Of a stretch of DNA of 64,000 nt, positions 25,820 to 35,376 are shown piece by piece (position 1 is the first letter of the stretch; each line of letters starts with the position of its first letter). A program made the position numbers and the translations under genes. Origin of the DNA: a virus. The DNA lies in IMG/VR virus record IMGVR_UViG_3300028549_003662, positions 64,001 through 128,000 of that record; one strand, 5' to 3'. The notes under the pieces are model-generated. The model was not told the origin of the DNA. It worked only from the letters and a program-made list of their open reading frames with translations, and did no database searches.

Positions 25820-26149
25820 TTAGAATGCTTTCGGGCAAGGCTCTTCGATTTGCGCAGTGGCCACTTCCTCAGAGATGCTTTCGGCAGAGGAGTGCCACTT
25901 CCGCTCGACGTATTTCTGGGCCACCTTGCCCACGATTACGGAGCCCACAATGTACCCGGCGTTGTCAGGGAAGTCGACCATCACACCCGCAGCGGCCTGG
26001 ATGTTCTTCCACACAAAGACGCCGAGGACCGTCGTAACGGCCATGAACCCGCAGATCCGCATCTGCGACAGTCGCTTCGTGTCGTCACCATTGATCTCGC
26101 GCATGATCGCGCAGAAGCTGCGAAACGCTTTTTTCAGCCATGCCATCAT
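25820..26149 (-). CDS. Two-TM holin-like protein
   Basis: S..R..GF...TM...GKVAQKYVE pattern. Confidence 0.6.
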   Translation of the reverse strand: MMAWLKKAFRSFCAIMREINGDDTKRLSQMRICGFMAVTTVLGVFVWKNIQAAAGVMVDFPDNAGYIVGSVIVGKVAQKYVERKWHSSAESISEEVATAQIEEPCPKAF

Positions 26150-26925
26150 CGCCGCACCGCTACCTTGATGTACCCGCTGTTGACCCAGGCCGCTGTGTTG
26201 TTGTCCCAAAACAGCGCGTCTTTCTGAATGTCAAGTCCGATGGTCTTGTTCGAGATGGCTCGCGGACGCACCCCGTAGAACTTGTTGCTGGGGTCGGCGT
26301 ACGACACCGTCGTCAGCACATTATTGCTGTTTGTGGCCGTTGTCGAGTACATGAAGCGCACGTCCTGGGGGACAGCTCCCCAGCCGTGTTCGAGCGTCAT
26401 GTCGACATTGCGTGTCGCTGCCGTCCACGCGCCCTCCCAGTACAGCGGGGTGCACACCGTGAATGGAAGGATGCTGCCGGCGCTGCGGTACAAGACCTGG
26501 CCGATGTAGCGCCATGTTGTGTGTGCGGGGTGATAGAGCGGCACAGCGCGATGATCGGGTTTGAGCGTCGTGTCTACGACACCAGGAGCGGTAGGAGAGG
26601 ACGAAGAGAAATAGAGATTCAGTACGTCCCCTTCAATGGTGGCGTAGAGGTAGTAGATGGTGTTGGTGACAGGCGTTCCGGCGTCACCGAGGTCGTTGTG
26701 GATGTCCACCACGAACGGCGTCTCCACGGCAGCGAAAACCCCACTGATGATAATGTGGCCGGGTTGCACGGTAACGGTGCGCGTGGAGGTGTAGGTGAGC
26801 CACATCCCCGACAGGGTGTCGGCGGGAGAGAGCGAGGCCAAAACATCGTCCAAGGACGCGCCGGTGTCACCGTACGGAAGCAGCGCGGCGTTGATCTCCA
26901 AGAAGCGTTGCGGTGCACGCGCCAT
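26146..26925 (-). CDS. Tail fibre/receptor-binding module, paralog of the C-terminus of 29079-31397
   Basis: Shared VQPG.I.I.G, NTIYY.YA, HP....R.IGQV, ILP, HG.G, WV.SGY.K. Confidence 0.7.
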   Translation of the reverse strand: MARAPQRFLEINAALLPYGDTGASLDDVLASLSPADTLSGMWLTYTSTRTVTVQPGHIIISGVFAAVETPFVVDIHNDLGDAGTPVTNTIYYLYATIEGDVLNLYFSSSSPTAPGVVDTTLKPDHRAVPLYHPAHTTWRYIGQVLYRSAGSILPFTVCTPLYWEGAWTAATRNVDMTLEHGWGAVPQDVRFMYSTTATNSNNVLTTVSYADPSNKFYGVRPRAISNKTIGLDIQKDALFWDNNTAAWVNSGYIKVAVRR

Positions 26926-26928
26926 CGT

Positions 26929-27276
26929 CTAACCCTTTATTTGGCAGTCGTGCCAGTGGCTCTTGATGAGCTTAGCGCCGACATGGCAGCACCATGCGAC
27001 GTACCCAAGGAACCCCGCTTCAAGGCAGTTCCACATAATATCGTCGATGCTTGGGATTTTCGTATCGAGTCCCGTGATGAGCCAGCGAACTTCAGCTATG
27101 GCATACGCCGCAGAAAGAAACATGGCGCCGTGCGCGGCCCGGTAGAGGTCGGTCTTGTGCGCGAGGCAAGTTGCGTTGGCCTCTGTGATGCGGCGCGCGA
27201 TGCTGAAGTGGAGGCGCACACCGCACACAAACACAGCTATCGACAGCAGGAGCAGGATGAAACTCAGAATGTTCAT
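26929..27276 (-). CDS. Three-TM membrane protein
   Basis: Hydrophobic helices; ATGA-coupled. Confidence 0.6.
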   Translation of the reverse strand: MNILSFILLLLSIAVFVCGVRLHFSIARRITEANATCLAHKTDLYRAAHGAMFLSAAYAIAEVRWLITGLDTKIPSIDDIMWNCLEAGFLGYVAWCCHVGAKLIKSHWHDCQIKG

Positions 27277-27569
27277 TTGTTCTCCGGTGGGTACTTGCGG
27301 GATTCTCCGACGACCCAATTTTCAATTATCGGGAGGAGGGCGCCTGAACTGTACCCGGATGCACCGACGAAAGCCACCTTCATGCCTTCAGGGATGTTCC
27401 AATCCTGAATGAACAGGTAGGCGAGTACGCCGACAAACACTGCTGCCACTAGCGCGCCAAGAACCTGACTCATGCTGCGCTCTTGTCCCTTACGGAGTAT
27501 GCGCGCGAGCCCACCGAGGAGGGCCAGGGAGATCGGGAGGAGCAGCTTCGAGGTGATGATGTCATCCAC
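27273..27569 (-). CDS. Holin-like protein (LydA-like), second copy
   Basis: GGLAR...AVFVGVL...GASGYSS; AAGGAGG RBS. Confidence 0.7.
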   Translation of the reverse strand: MDDIITSKLLLPISLALLGGLARILRKGQERSMSQVLGALVAAVFVGVLAYLFIQDWNIPEGMKVAFVGASGYSSGALLPIIENWVVGESRKYPPENK

Positions 27570-27629
27570 GCCGCACCTCCTTGTTTTAATATTGCGAGAG
27601 ACGGTTTCCCGCCTCCCGCTACGTAGTCC

Positions 27630-28217
27630 CTAATGTATGTAGGAGGCCAAGTCCACCACATCGTACGGCGCGGCTGCCATCAACTCCGCGTACTGCGCGA
27701 CGCAAACACCTTCGGTACCGCCAACCAACGCCGCGAGGGCCTCAGCATCAACAGCGGCGGCAATGGCGGTCTTGAGCACGTAGTGCTTGGCCAGCATGCT
27801 CTTGTGCCAGTCGAAGTAGGTCTTGGCGCGCGCTTTGTCAGTGGTGCTCATGTTGTTGTAGATGAGGCTGAGCGAGTTCTGGCGGTCGGTGTCGGCGACG
27901 CTTTTGATGAGCGCCTGTGTGGTGGCTTCAAGCCCTGGGATCGCGGATGCTTTAGCGTCCACGAGGAGCTCCGCAGCGCCCTTCGGCCGCACCACAGCGA
28001 CAGGTGTGTCGGGGTCGCCCTCAATGCGCCCATCGGTGTCGATCACCAGGGCTGTCGGGCAACCCCAGATGTTGTCGACAGGCATGTCGGCGCTGACAAC
28101 ATGCGCGTAGTTGGCTTGCAGCCCCGGCAGCAACACCTCGGCGTCGGGGTAGATGGCTTCCACGACGAACACGGACTCCCCATACGTCTTCGACTCGTCA
28201 TTGCTCACATATATCAT
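27630..28217 (-). CDS. Tail-fibre assembly-like protein
   Basis: N-terminus paralogous to 28482-29069; IAAA.D.EAL end motif. Confidence 0.6.
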   Translation of the reverse strand: MIYVSNDESKTYGESVFVVEAIYPDAEVLLPGLQANYAHVVSADMPVDNIWGCPTALVIDTDGRIEGDPDTPVAVVRPKGAAELLVDAKASAIPGLEATTQALIKSVADTDRQNSLSLIYNNMSTTDKARAKTYFDWHKSMLAKHYVLKTAIAAAVDAEALAALVGGTEGVCVAQYAELMAAAPYDVVDLASYIH

Positions 28218-28492
28218 TGCAGGTCTCCCTTACGATTGTTCTTGAGAAGGATAGACAGCCACCCGAAGTAGCGCACAGCAACCATGAAGACGAATCCCAA
28301 GGTAGGGTACCCGTTTGCCGCCATGCAGCGCTGCAGGTGCTGGTCCGCCCACTTCCTGTCCTCTTCCGTCACGACCTGCTCATACGCGAGGTCGTGTTCA
28401 TCACAGCATCGCTCGAAGGGCGGAAGCTGCCGCGTGCACAGCTTCCACACCTTCGAACACAATCCAGTCATTCCACAGCCATTACTGGCCAT
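28214..28492 (-). CDS. Small phospholipase A2-like/DUF1353-like protein
   Basis: NGCG...CCDEHDLAY...ADQHLQRC...AVRYFG. Confidence 0.55.
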   Translation of the reverse strand: MASNGCGMTGLCSKVWKLCTRQLPPFERCCDEHDLAYEQVVTEEDRKWADQHLQRCMAANGYPTLGFVFMVAVRYFGWLSILLKNNRKGDLQ

Positions 28493-29069
28493 AGGTGGTG
28501 CTCACCGCGTCAAGTTCTTCTTGCGTGGTCGCGGCCAGGACAAGCTGCTCCTGACCCTGCTGCCACGTGAAGGCTGCGGACTCATTGGCCAGCCCAGCCG
28601 GGATGAGCTTCTGCAGGAGCGCATACGTCATCTCCACCCATACGCCCTCGGAGGCCTTCCATTGCGGGATGACGGCTGCAGGGTTGGCCTGGAAGACGAA
28701 CACGGCCGTGCGCGTGTAGGCGTCCATCGCGCTCTTGTCGGTGTCGAAAAGGATGCCGTCGACGAGGATGCCCCCGTCGCGCACGCGCGCCTTCTCAAGC
28801 TGCAGGGCGTCGAGTTTGGCAGGCTTCTTGTCCGCGAGGAGCTCCGCGGCCCCTTTCTCGCGGACGATGGTGGGCTCGACGGAGGCGTCGATCACCAGGG
28901 CCGAAGGGCAGCCGAAGACGGTTGTCTCGTCGACTTCCATCTCGACGATGTGCGCGTAGCGGGCTTCCAGGCCGGTCTTGTCCTCGTAAGAGAGGAGTCC
29001 CGCCTCTACGGCGAACACCTTGTCACCGTAGAGCTTGCTGATGTCGTTGCTGCAGTATGTGATGAGCAT
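28482..29069 (-). CDS. DUF4376-like tail-fibre assembly protein
   Basis: GGILVDG..FDTD..., WK..., AATTQEELDAV; follows the tail fibre. Confidence 0.7.
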   Translation of the reverse strand: MLITYCSNDISKLYGDKVFAVEAGLLSYEDKTGLEARYAHIVEMEVDETTVFGCPSALVIDASVEPTIVREKGAAELLADKKPAKLDALQLEKARVRDGGILVDGILFDTDKSAMDAYTRTAVFVFQANPAAVIPQWKASEGVWVEMTYALLQKLIPAGLANESAAFTWQQGQEQLVLAATTQEELDAVSTTYGQ

Positions 29070-29078
29070 GCTGTTCTC

Positions 29079-31397
29079 CTATCCCTCGGTGAGGATGAGT
29101 TTGTAGTAACCGGATTTCACCCACGTGCCCGCCACATTGCGGTACATGTACGGCGAGACGCGCATGCTGAGCGAATTAGCGAGCTTGGGAGCGTAGCCGG
29201 AGACGGCTATGGTGCTCAACAACACACCGTAAGATTCCGTTTCGTAGTAGTAGAGCCCCGTGCACTCGTAGAGTGCGCCGCTGATTGCTTCGCTTGCGAC
29301 AATGCGCGGGTTGAACTTGGTACGCCCGAAGCCATGTGCGACATTGAAGTCGCCCGCTGCCGGAATAACGGCCGGAGCGCTTTCCCACAACCCAGGCATG
29401 CACTTGTCGTACGGCAGGATGTTGCTGCTCGCGTCGTTGCGGACCTGGCCAATCCAGCGCACGCCCGTTCCCAGCGTCGGGTGGAACCACGCGCGCGCTG
29501 CAGTGCAGTCATCGAAGCTCGCTACGAGGTTGCCGTAGCGGTCCATGAGCGGGGCCTGGGTGTCGAACATGAACGTCGGGGCGTTACCGGACTCCGGCCG
29601 CACCGCGTACATGTAGTAGATGGTGTTCGCGGCCTCGGTGAGCCCCGCACGCAGATTGCCAGAGAGCGTCACATTCTTAGCCTTCGTGACTTTCATGATG
29701 GCGCCATTGATCTCAATCTCGCCCGGCTGCACCTGCACGGTGTTGGCGTCGATGTACTTCGACCATACCGTGCAGATATTGGGGTTCGTGGTGGCGAGTT
29801 GCGACTTCACCTTCTTGTATATGCGGATGCGGCAGCTTACGGCGACACCGGCAGAGTGCACGTTAAGCGCCGTCACGGGACTCGTCGTGTTCGACCAAGA
29901 TGTTGTGAGAAGCGCGTTGTTTGCAGAGTTGCCGCCAACACAGATGCAGTTGCGTGGGGTGTTTGCTACTTTGAGGAATATGTCGGATACCGCAGACCTG
30001 CGCCCACCGACATAACCGATGTACAGACCAGGACGCGCGGAGCCAGACGAAGCCGCTACGGCTGAGCCCGTTCCTGTAAGCGACTGGTTCGGGTAATTCG
30101 CGGTCGCCTTATCTCCGTTGAGCGCGATATACACAGGCGTCGCGGCGTCAGAAAGCCCTTCGAACAGCACATGCGCGGTATCATCGAGTTCACCATCCCA
30201 GGGCAGCGTAACGTCGAGGACTTCGTTGTTGAGGTTCCACTCCTTGACGAGCTCTTCGCTCACGACCTCAACAGGCCGCACACCATCCACCCACTTGTAG
30301 ACCCTGATGGTTCCTGTGAAGGTATACGCTGTGGGGTTGACAACAACGGTATCCATGTTCGCGGTTCCGAGGTAGACGAAACCATCACTGCTGACGATCT
30401 GCCCGGCTGCTCCGGTGTGTCTGGCAGCGCCGCGCCACGTCCCTACCTTGGTGCGTTTGTTGAATTCCAAAACGTAGCTGCCTTGCGCGTATGCGGGCAC
30501 GAGGCGGAATCCGTTCAAATTAGTCAATCCCGCGCCAGCGGTGCTGGCCTGTCCGTAGAAGACCTGGTTGGCGTAGTTGGCAGCGGTGTCACTACTGAAT
30601 GTGGCGTTGAGGTGGCCGGTAATGCCCGCTCCGGGGTAGTCGACCTCGATGCGAAACTTCTCACAGTTGCTGACGTCAATGTTCTTGCCCGACAGCGACG
30701 CTGCATTGCTGCTGAATTCCGTGGTGAGCACCCAGCCAGATTGTGCAGTGGGGTCGATGAGGGCATTGAAGGCACTCACCCACGCGCCATCGTGGTACTG
30801 CATGGTCATGCCGGTGTCGACCACTACAGCCATGTCGCCCTCTTCCATTCCCGTGACCGCGTAGAGCTCAGCCATCGTGGCGTACTTGGTGATACCGCCA
30901 CCACCGCTGCCGCTGGTGAACTCCACCCAGGCCGTGTTGGTGTAGCGGTAGAGCTTGTCGGTATCGAGGACAGTGGCGAAGTCGCCGTCCGTCATCCCTG
31001 TGGCGGCCTGCAGGTCCGCCAAGGTGGCGAACTTCGGAATGCCCCCACCGGTAGAGGTGATCGCCACCCACTCCGCTGCAGTGGCGTCCCAGGAGTAGAG
31101 CTTGCGCGTCTCCAGGACGTGCACGACGAGACCGTCGTAGCGCTCGTCTGCCGCAATGGCATCGCGCTCCGTGATATCAGTGGCGATGCGAATGCCCGAC
31201 ACCTCCACCCAGGAGTCACCGTCCCAGGAGTACGTCTTGCGGGGCTGCGCCAGCACCTGCACGAGAAGGCCGTTGTAGCGCTCTCCTGCAGGAATGGCGT
31301 TGCGTGCGGCGATGTCAGCTACCACACGAACTGTTTTGCCGGTTCGCTCTTGGTAGAGGCCCTCGGCGAGTGCTTTAGTCCTTGGATCGTATGTCAT
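29079..31397 (-). CDS. Tail fibre protein
   Basis: Four N-terminal repeats (ARNAIP..ERY.GL.V.V / FAT.ADL.A.TGM..GD.A.V.DT), duplicated beta domains, C-terminal module. Confidence 0.75.
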   Translation of the reverse strand: MTYDPRTKALAEGLYQERTGKTVRVVADIAARNAIPAGERYNGLLVQVLAQPRKTYSWDGDSWVEVSGIRIATDITERDAIAADERYDGLVVHVLETRKLYSWDATAAEWVAITSTGGGIPKFATLADLQAATGMTDGDFATVLDTDKLYRYTNTAWVEFTSGSGGGGITKYATMAELYAVTGMEEGDMAVVVDTGMTMQYHDGAWVSAFNALIDPTAQSGWVLTTEFSSNAASLSGKNIDVSNCEKFRIEVDYPGAGITGHLNATFSSDTAANYANQVFYGQASTAGAGLTNLNGFRLVPAYAQGSYVLEFNKRTKVGTWRGAARHTGAAGQIVSSDGFVYLGTANMDTVVVNPTAYTFTGTIRVYKWVDGVRPVEVVSEELVKEWNLNNEVLDVTLPWDGELDDTAHVLFEGLSDAATPVYIALNGDKATANYPNQSLTGTGSAVAASSGSARPGLYIGYVGGRRSAVSDIFLKVANTPRNCICVGGNSANNALLTTSWSNTTSPVTALNVHSAGVAVSCRIRIYKKVKSQLATTNPNICTVWSKYIDANTVQVQPGEIEINGAIMKVTKAKNVTLSGNLRAGLTEAANTIYYMYAVRPESGNAPTFMFDTQAPLMDRYGNLVASFDDCTAARAWFHPTLGTGVRWIGQVRNDASSNILPYDKCMPGLWESAPAVIPAAGDFNVAHGFGRTKFNPRIVASEAISGALYECTGLYYYETESYGVLLSTIAVSGYAPKLANSLSMRVSPYMYRNVAGTWVKSGYYKLILTEG

Positions 31398-31411
31398 GTG
31401 TGCTCCCCTTT

Positions 31412-31744
31412 TTACATCACGTGCCAAGTAGCGCCGTCGCTGTACAACGTGTACGCAGCCATGAGTTCTGTTATCTCAAGAAGGCTTCCGCCGTCCACAA
31501 CATCTGTGCCCTTTGGCACAATACGAACTTTGTATACGCCAAAAACCTTTTTCACGCGTACAACGTCTTTTTCACACTCGGAGGCCGCAGGAAGTGTCAC
31601 CGTAACATCCGCAGCAGTGGCGGATACGAAGACCATTGCACTCGCCAACAACGTCGTATTGACACTGATGAAGAGGTTGTCGGCGTTGCTGCCGCCAAGC
31701 TCTTGGCTAGCGAGGCCGGACCCTGAAGCGAAGCGGTGCGCCAC
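31412..31744 (-). CDS. Virion fibre-associated beta module
   Basis: VTLP...VKK...VDG...L.SDGATW module. Confidence 0.65.
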   Translation of the reverse strand: MAHRFASGSGLASQELGGSNADNLFISVNTTLLASAMVFVSATAADVTVTLPAASECEKDVVRVKKVFGVYKVRIVPKGTDVVDGGSLLEITELMAAYTLYSDGATWHVM

Positions 31745-31747
31745 CGC

Positions 31748-32455
31748 CTACACCACGAACCACCCCAGCCCATCACAGACCAGGGAGTAGGAGGCGCCGA
31801 CCTCGTTGATTACAAGCTCTTCGTTGTGCTGGTCGACGAGCTCAGATCCGGTTGGGGCGATGGTGGCGTCGTTGCCGCCCTGCAGGAGCTTCACCAGCAC
31901 CGTCATGTCCTTGCTTGTCGCCACCGGAGGGAGCTGCACGAACACCGCGCGCGCCGTGGTGTCCACGAGCAGCGTGACGGACTTCGTGACGGTGTAGTTG
32001 TCGCTGACGCGCACCGTGGCCGGCATCCCTGCAGGAGCAGGGTCGGGGCTGCTGCCGCCCTCGGTGAACGTCCCCAGGACTACGTTCTCGACCTCGTAGA
32101 TGACGAAGATCTGGTCGCCCTCTGCGAGGTGGTCCTGCATCGCCAGCCCATCCCAATACACGAAGTTCGGGCTGTCCTCGCTGACGATGAAGTCTACGCC
32201 GTAACGCTGGTTGGGTCCGTGGCAGATACCGACGACAGCGCTTTCACGCCGTGCGCACGTCAGCGTGAGGCGGACGCGCTTGGCTGCGATGTCAGATGCG
32301 CTCAGCGTGAAGTACTCCGTGCTCAGCCCTGGGGTGTTCAACCCGTCGATGGCTTGGCTGACAGAGAGGCTGCTGCTGTACGCGATATCCGCCGATCCCA
32401 GGTGCGTCGAGCTGTTGGGATCGAGATTAAGCCATTGTTTTCCTACTTTTGCCAT
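31748..32455 (-). CDS. Virion fibre/decoration protein
   Basis: Two modules shared with neighbouring genes; N-terminal KQWLN. Confidence 0.7.
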   Translation of the reverse strand: MAKVGKQWLNLDPNSSTHLGSADIAYSSSLSVSQAIDGLNTPGLSTEYFTLSASDIAAKRVRLTLTCARRESAVVGICHGPNQRYGVDFIVSEDSPNFVYWDGLAMQDHLAEGDQIFVIYEVENVVLGTFTEGGSSPDPAPAGMPATVRVSDNYTVTKSVTLLVDTTARAVFVQLPPVATSKDMTVLVKLLQGGNDATIAPTGSELVDQHNEELVINEVGASYSLVCDGLGWFVV

Positions 32456-32473
32456 GTCCGGGCTCCTTGCCGC

Positions 32474-33001
32474 TTATATCACCCACCAGTCCACGCCATC
32501 GCACACAAACGTGGCGGACGTGTACTGGCTGGTGAGGCTGTAGTTGGCCATGCCGTCTATCGTGCCCGATTCCGGCAGCACGACCACTTGCTCGCTCTCG
32601 CTCCCATTTTTCACGACAATGGTGGCGTTGATTTCGTTTTTGAGTGTGATGTACACAGCGGCGATACCGATGACGACCTCGTGGTCGGCAGCCGTGTAGT
32701 TGGCGCTCTTCTTCATGACAACGAAGCTAGGAGCCTCGCTGCTCATGACGCGCACAGCGCCGGTAGCATCTTTGTGCTTGCGTCGTACGAGGTGGCTTGC
32801 GGTGTCGTACCAAAGCACGGTTTCCTGCAGCGCAAGAGAAGCGTCTGCGGGTTCGGCTTCAGGCAGCTTGTTGACACCGCCGTAAATTTGGGTGGTTTTC
32901 TCTTTGATGGTGGACGCCGCGTCGAACGGTAGCGTCTCTGCCCCGACGTGATCGGGGTCTGCGACATCGCGATTAAGCCATTTGGCCTTGGTCTTGCCCA
33001 C
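32474..33001 (-). CDS. Virion fibre/decoration protein
   Basis: KAKWLN start; C-terminal TIDG...FVCDG.DW. Confidence 0.65.
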   Translation of the reverse strand: MGKTKAKWLNRDVADPDHVGAETLPFDAASTIKEKTTQIYGGVNKLPEAEPADASLALQETVLWYDTASHLVRRKHKDATGAVRVMSSEAPSFVVMKKSANYTAADHEVVIGIAAVYITLKNEINATIVVKNGSESEQVVVLPESGTIDGMANYSLTSQYTSATFVCDGVDWWVI

Positions 33002-33112
33002 TATTTCTTCTCCCAGGTTTTTGCCGGGTCAAGCCCGGATATATCCCGCCAGGAGGAAAGAAGGCGGCGAGAGGCGGGCAGAACACCTCATCCCCTCGCC
33101 GCCTAGAATCCT

Positions 33113-34366
33113 TTACTCGTCGTAGGTCACGGTGAACTTGTCACCGGCGACCAGCAGGCCGTCGAGACCCATGCCGGCCCAGGTGAGGCGGCGCACGGAG
33201 GTGCCGTCGGTGATGACCTGGAAGTCGTCGCCGTAGAACTGGCCGGGGGCGCCCTTCACGTTCAGCACCACGCAGGTGGGCTCGGCAGGGGTGACGGCCA
33301 GGTCCACGTAGCCGGCAGTGATGTCGCCAGCGGCCAGGGTGAAGCGGTCAACCTTGCGGTTGTTGGCGGCGGCGATGGCGTCGTCAACGTACTGCTTGTT
33401 GGCCACGTCGCTGGACAGCACGGGAGCCTTGACACCGGTGATGGTGAAGCCGGAACCGATGCTCCAGTCGGCGGTCAGGGCCGCCAGGGCGATGACAGCG
33501 CCGCTGCCGCCAGCGAGGCCGTTGCCGAAGGAGTCAGCCTTGATTTCGGCCTCGGTCACGCCGTCAGCGGCGATCTTGAGGCCAGCAGCGCCGAGAGCCA
33601 GGGAGGCGCCGTCGAGCACCAGGGTGATGCTGCCGCCGGCCTTGCTGACGCCGTTGCCGACGATGAGCTGCAGTTCGGTACCGACCTTGGTGAGGCCCAG
33701 GCCGTCGGTGGTGATCTCACCCACGGTGGAGGTCTGCACGAATTCGAGCTCGGTGGTGCCGAGGACGATGGCGCCCTCAGTGGCCAGGGACCAACCGGTG
33801 CTCTTGTTCTTGGTGCCGGACTCCACGAAGGTGAACATGCCGGTGGTGACTTCACCTTCCGGGGTGCCGTCGCAGTCTTCGGCGCGCGCCCACGCACCGG
33901 AAGCGGCCACGTAGACGCCGTTCTCCTTGGCGTCGGTGTTGTTCTTCACCAGCACACGGTCGCCAGCGCTGAGAGCAACGCCGTCGATGGTCTGCAGGCC
34001 GGTCAGGGAGGTGTTGCCGCCAGCGGCCGTGGAAGCGGCGCGCACGGAAGCCTTGCGGTCGATGCCATTGACGCGGTCGTCGACGTAGCGCTTGGTGGCG
34101 GCGTCGGCGTCAGCGGTGGGGACGGCCATGTTGGTGATCTTGAAGGCGCCCATGTTCAGGGCAGCGCCCATCGAACGAGTGCCGTCGGCCTTGATGTAGG
34201 CGTCGAACAACATCTCGTCGGTGACGCCGTCGGCCTTGATCTGGACGCCGCCAGCGACGGCCTCCAGCGCACCGGCTGCAGCCATCTTCAGCATCAGGTC
34301 GCCGCCAGCGCCGACCTCGAACATGCTCCCGCTCTTATTGAGCCATTTCGCGTTCATCAGAGACAT
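33113..34366 (-). CDS. Fibre/head-decoration protein
   Basis: DAATKRYVD, K.SVRAAST, GLQTIDGV.L.AGDRVLVK...ENGVY module; strong codon bias. Confidence 0.8.
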   Translation of the reverse strand: MSLMNAKWLNKSGSMFEVGAGGDLMLKMAAAGALEAVAGGVQIKADGVTDEMLFDAYIKADGTRSMGAALNMGAFKITNMAVPTADADAATKRYVDDRVNGIDRKASVRAASTAAGGNTSLTGLQTIDGVALSAGDRVLVKNNTDAKENGVYVAASGAWARAEDCDGTPEGEVTTGMFTFVESGTKNKSTGWSLATEGAIVLGTTELEFVQTSTVGEITTDGLGLTKVGTELQLIVGNGVSKAGGSITLVLDGASLALGAAGLKIAADGVTEAEIKADSFGNGLAGGSGAVIALAALTADWSIGSGFTITGVKAPVLSSDVANKQYVDDAIAAANNRKVDRFTLAAGDITAGYVDLAVTPAEPTCVVLNVKGAPGQFYGDDFQVITDGTSVRRLTWAGMGLDGLLVAGDKFTVTYDE

Positions 34367-34394
34367 AGTTGCTTCCTCCTTCAGGAATGCGTGG

Positions 34395-35117
34395 TTAGGA
34401 ATCGGCCTCCTCGTACAGCACGAGGAGCCTATCACCGACAGAAAGCAAGCCGTCCAACGACAGACCGGCCCACCCGATGACAGTAGGGTTGGTTGCACTC
34501 ACGACATAGTCCATGCCGTTCTCCTGCGCGCCCGCGTTCACGACGAACACGACAACACCGGAAACCGACTTGACCGCCGTGGGTAAGGTGATCGACTTCG
34601 CGTCAATATGCGCTTGGGTCACTTCCACGACACCCTGTGCGAGGTCGCCTTCATTGACGCGCTCAGCCAGGGTGCGCAAGCGGAACTCAATGGAGTTCGC
34701 GTCTGTGCTTCCTGTGATGCCGATGCGGGCCTGAGTGGCTTCCACCGCAGCCTGGATGGCGCCGAGGTGTTCGTTGGTAAGCATCCACAGCACCTGAGTG
34801 CCGATGTTGTAGGCTGCGGGTTCCGTGTTGGCGTACCCACGCAGCGCCACATTGTCGATGTAGAGTTCGTTCAGCGCCGGATCTGCGCTGGTGTAACGGA
34901 TGAGTTCGTCCTTGATCGTCACCAGCCCCTGGGCGGGGACGCGGAAAAGGTCGATGCCGATGACCTTGATTGTCAGCGACGTTGGGCTCATCCCTACAGC
35001 GAGCCGTCCTGCAGGGATGAAGGACGGGCTGGCGTTGGGGGCTTCGAGAAAGGTGCCGCCTGCGCCGCGCCCGTCCAGCGCCTGCGGGAATACGGATTTG
35101 GGAATTTCGTTGCCCAT
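34395..35117 (-). CDS. Virion structural protein
   Basis: FPQALD N-terminus, ELIRY, AVEATQARIG; C-terminal module shared with 33113. Confidence 0.7.
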   Translation of the reverse strand: MGNEIPKSVFPQALDGRGAGGTFLEAPNASPSFIPAGRLAVGMSPTSLTIKVIGIDLFRVPAQGLVTIKDELIRYTSADPALNELYIDNVALRGYANTEPAAYNIGTQVLWMLTNEHLGAIQAAVEATQARIGITGSTDANSIEFRLRTLAERVNEGDLAQGVVEVTQAHIDAKSITLPTAVKSVSGVVVFVVNAGAQENGMDYVVSATNPTVIGWAGLSLDGLLSVGDRLLVLYEEADS

Positions 35118-35126
35118 GTCGCGCTC

Positions 35127-35372
35127 CTACGCCTTCAGTTCAGACGCGTCTTTGCGGCCCTTCAGTACGGCCAGTACATCTTCCAAAGGCAGCGTCGCCG
35201 TGTTGGCGTTCTGCGCGATCTCAGCCAGCAACAGTTCTTGTACCGTCGGGACATGCCCGGATGCGCAATCCAACCCCTGGTTGGCGAAGAACGCCCCGGC
35301 AAAAGCACCGCTGGCGTTCTCCTGGCGATCAACCGTTTCGGTGTCGCGGGGCAAGTTCGGTATCGCGCTCAT
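35127..35372 (-). CDS. Hypothetical protein
   Basis: ATG at MSAIPNL, between structural genes. Confidence 0.6.
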   Translation of the reverse strand: MSAIPNLPRDTETVDRQENASGAFAGAFFANQGLDCASGHVPTVQELLLAEIAQNANTATLPLEDVLAVLKGRKDASELKA

Positions 35373-35376
35373 GGCG

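Noticed and set aside
26146-31397. Diversity-generating retroelement or invertible tail-fibre cassette
   Set aside because: No reverse transcriptase, invertase, near-identical TR/VR pair or inverted cassette was seen; similarity is at the protein level only.
31742-31750. In-frame TAG between two fibre-module genes, suggesting amber readthrough or recoding
   Set aside because: Both ORFs end in the same complete module, and TAG terminates well-defined genes elsewhere (MCP, tail tubes), so the standard code fits.
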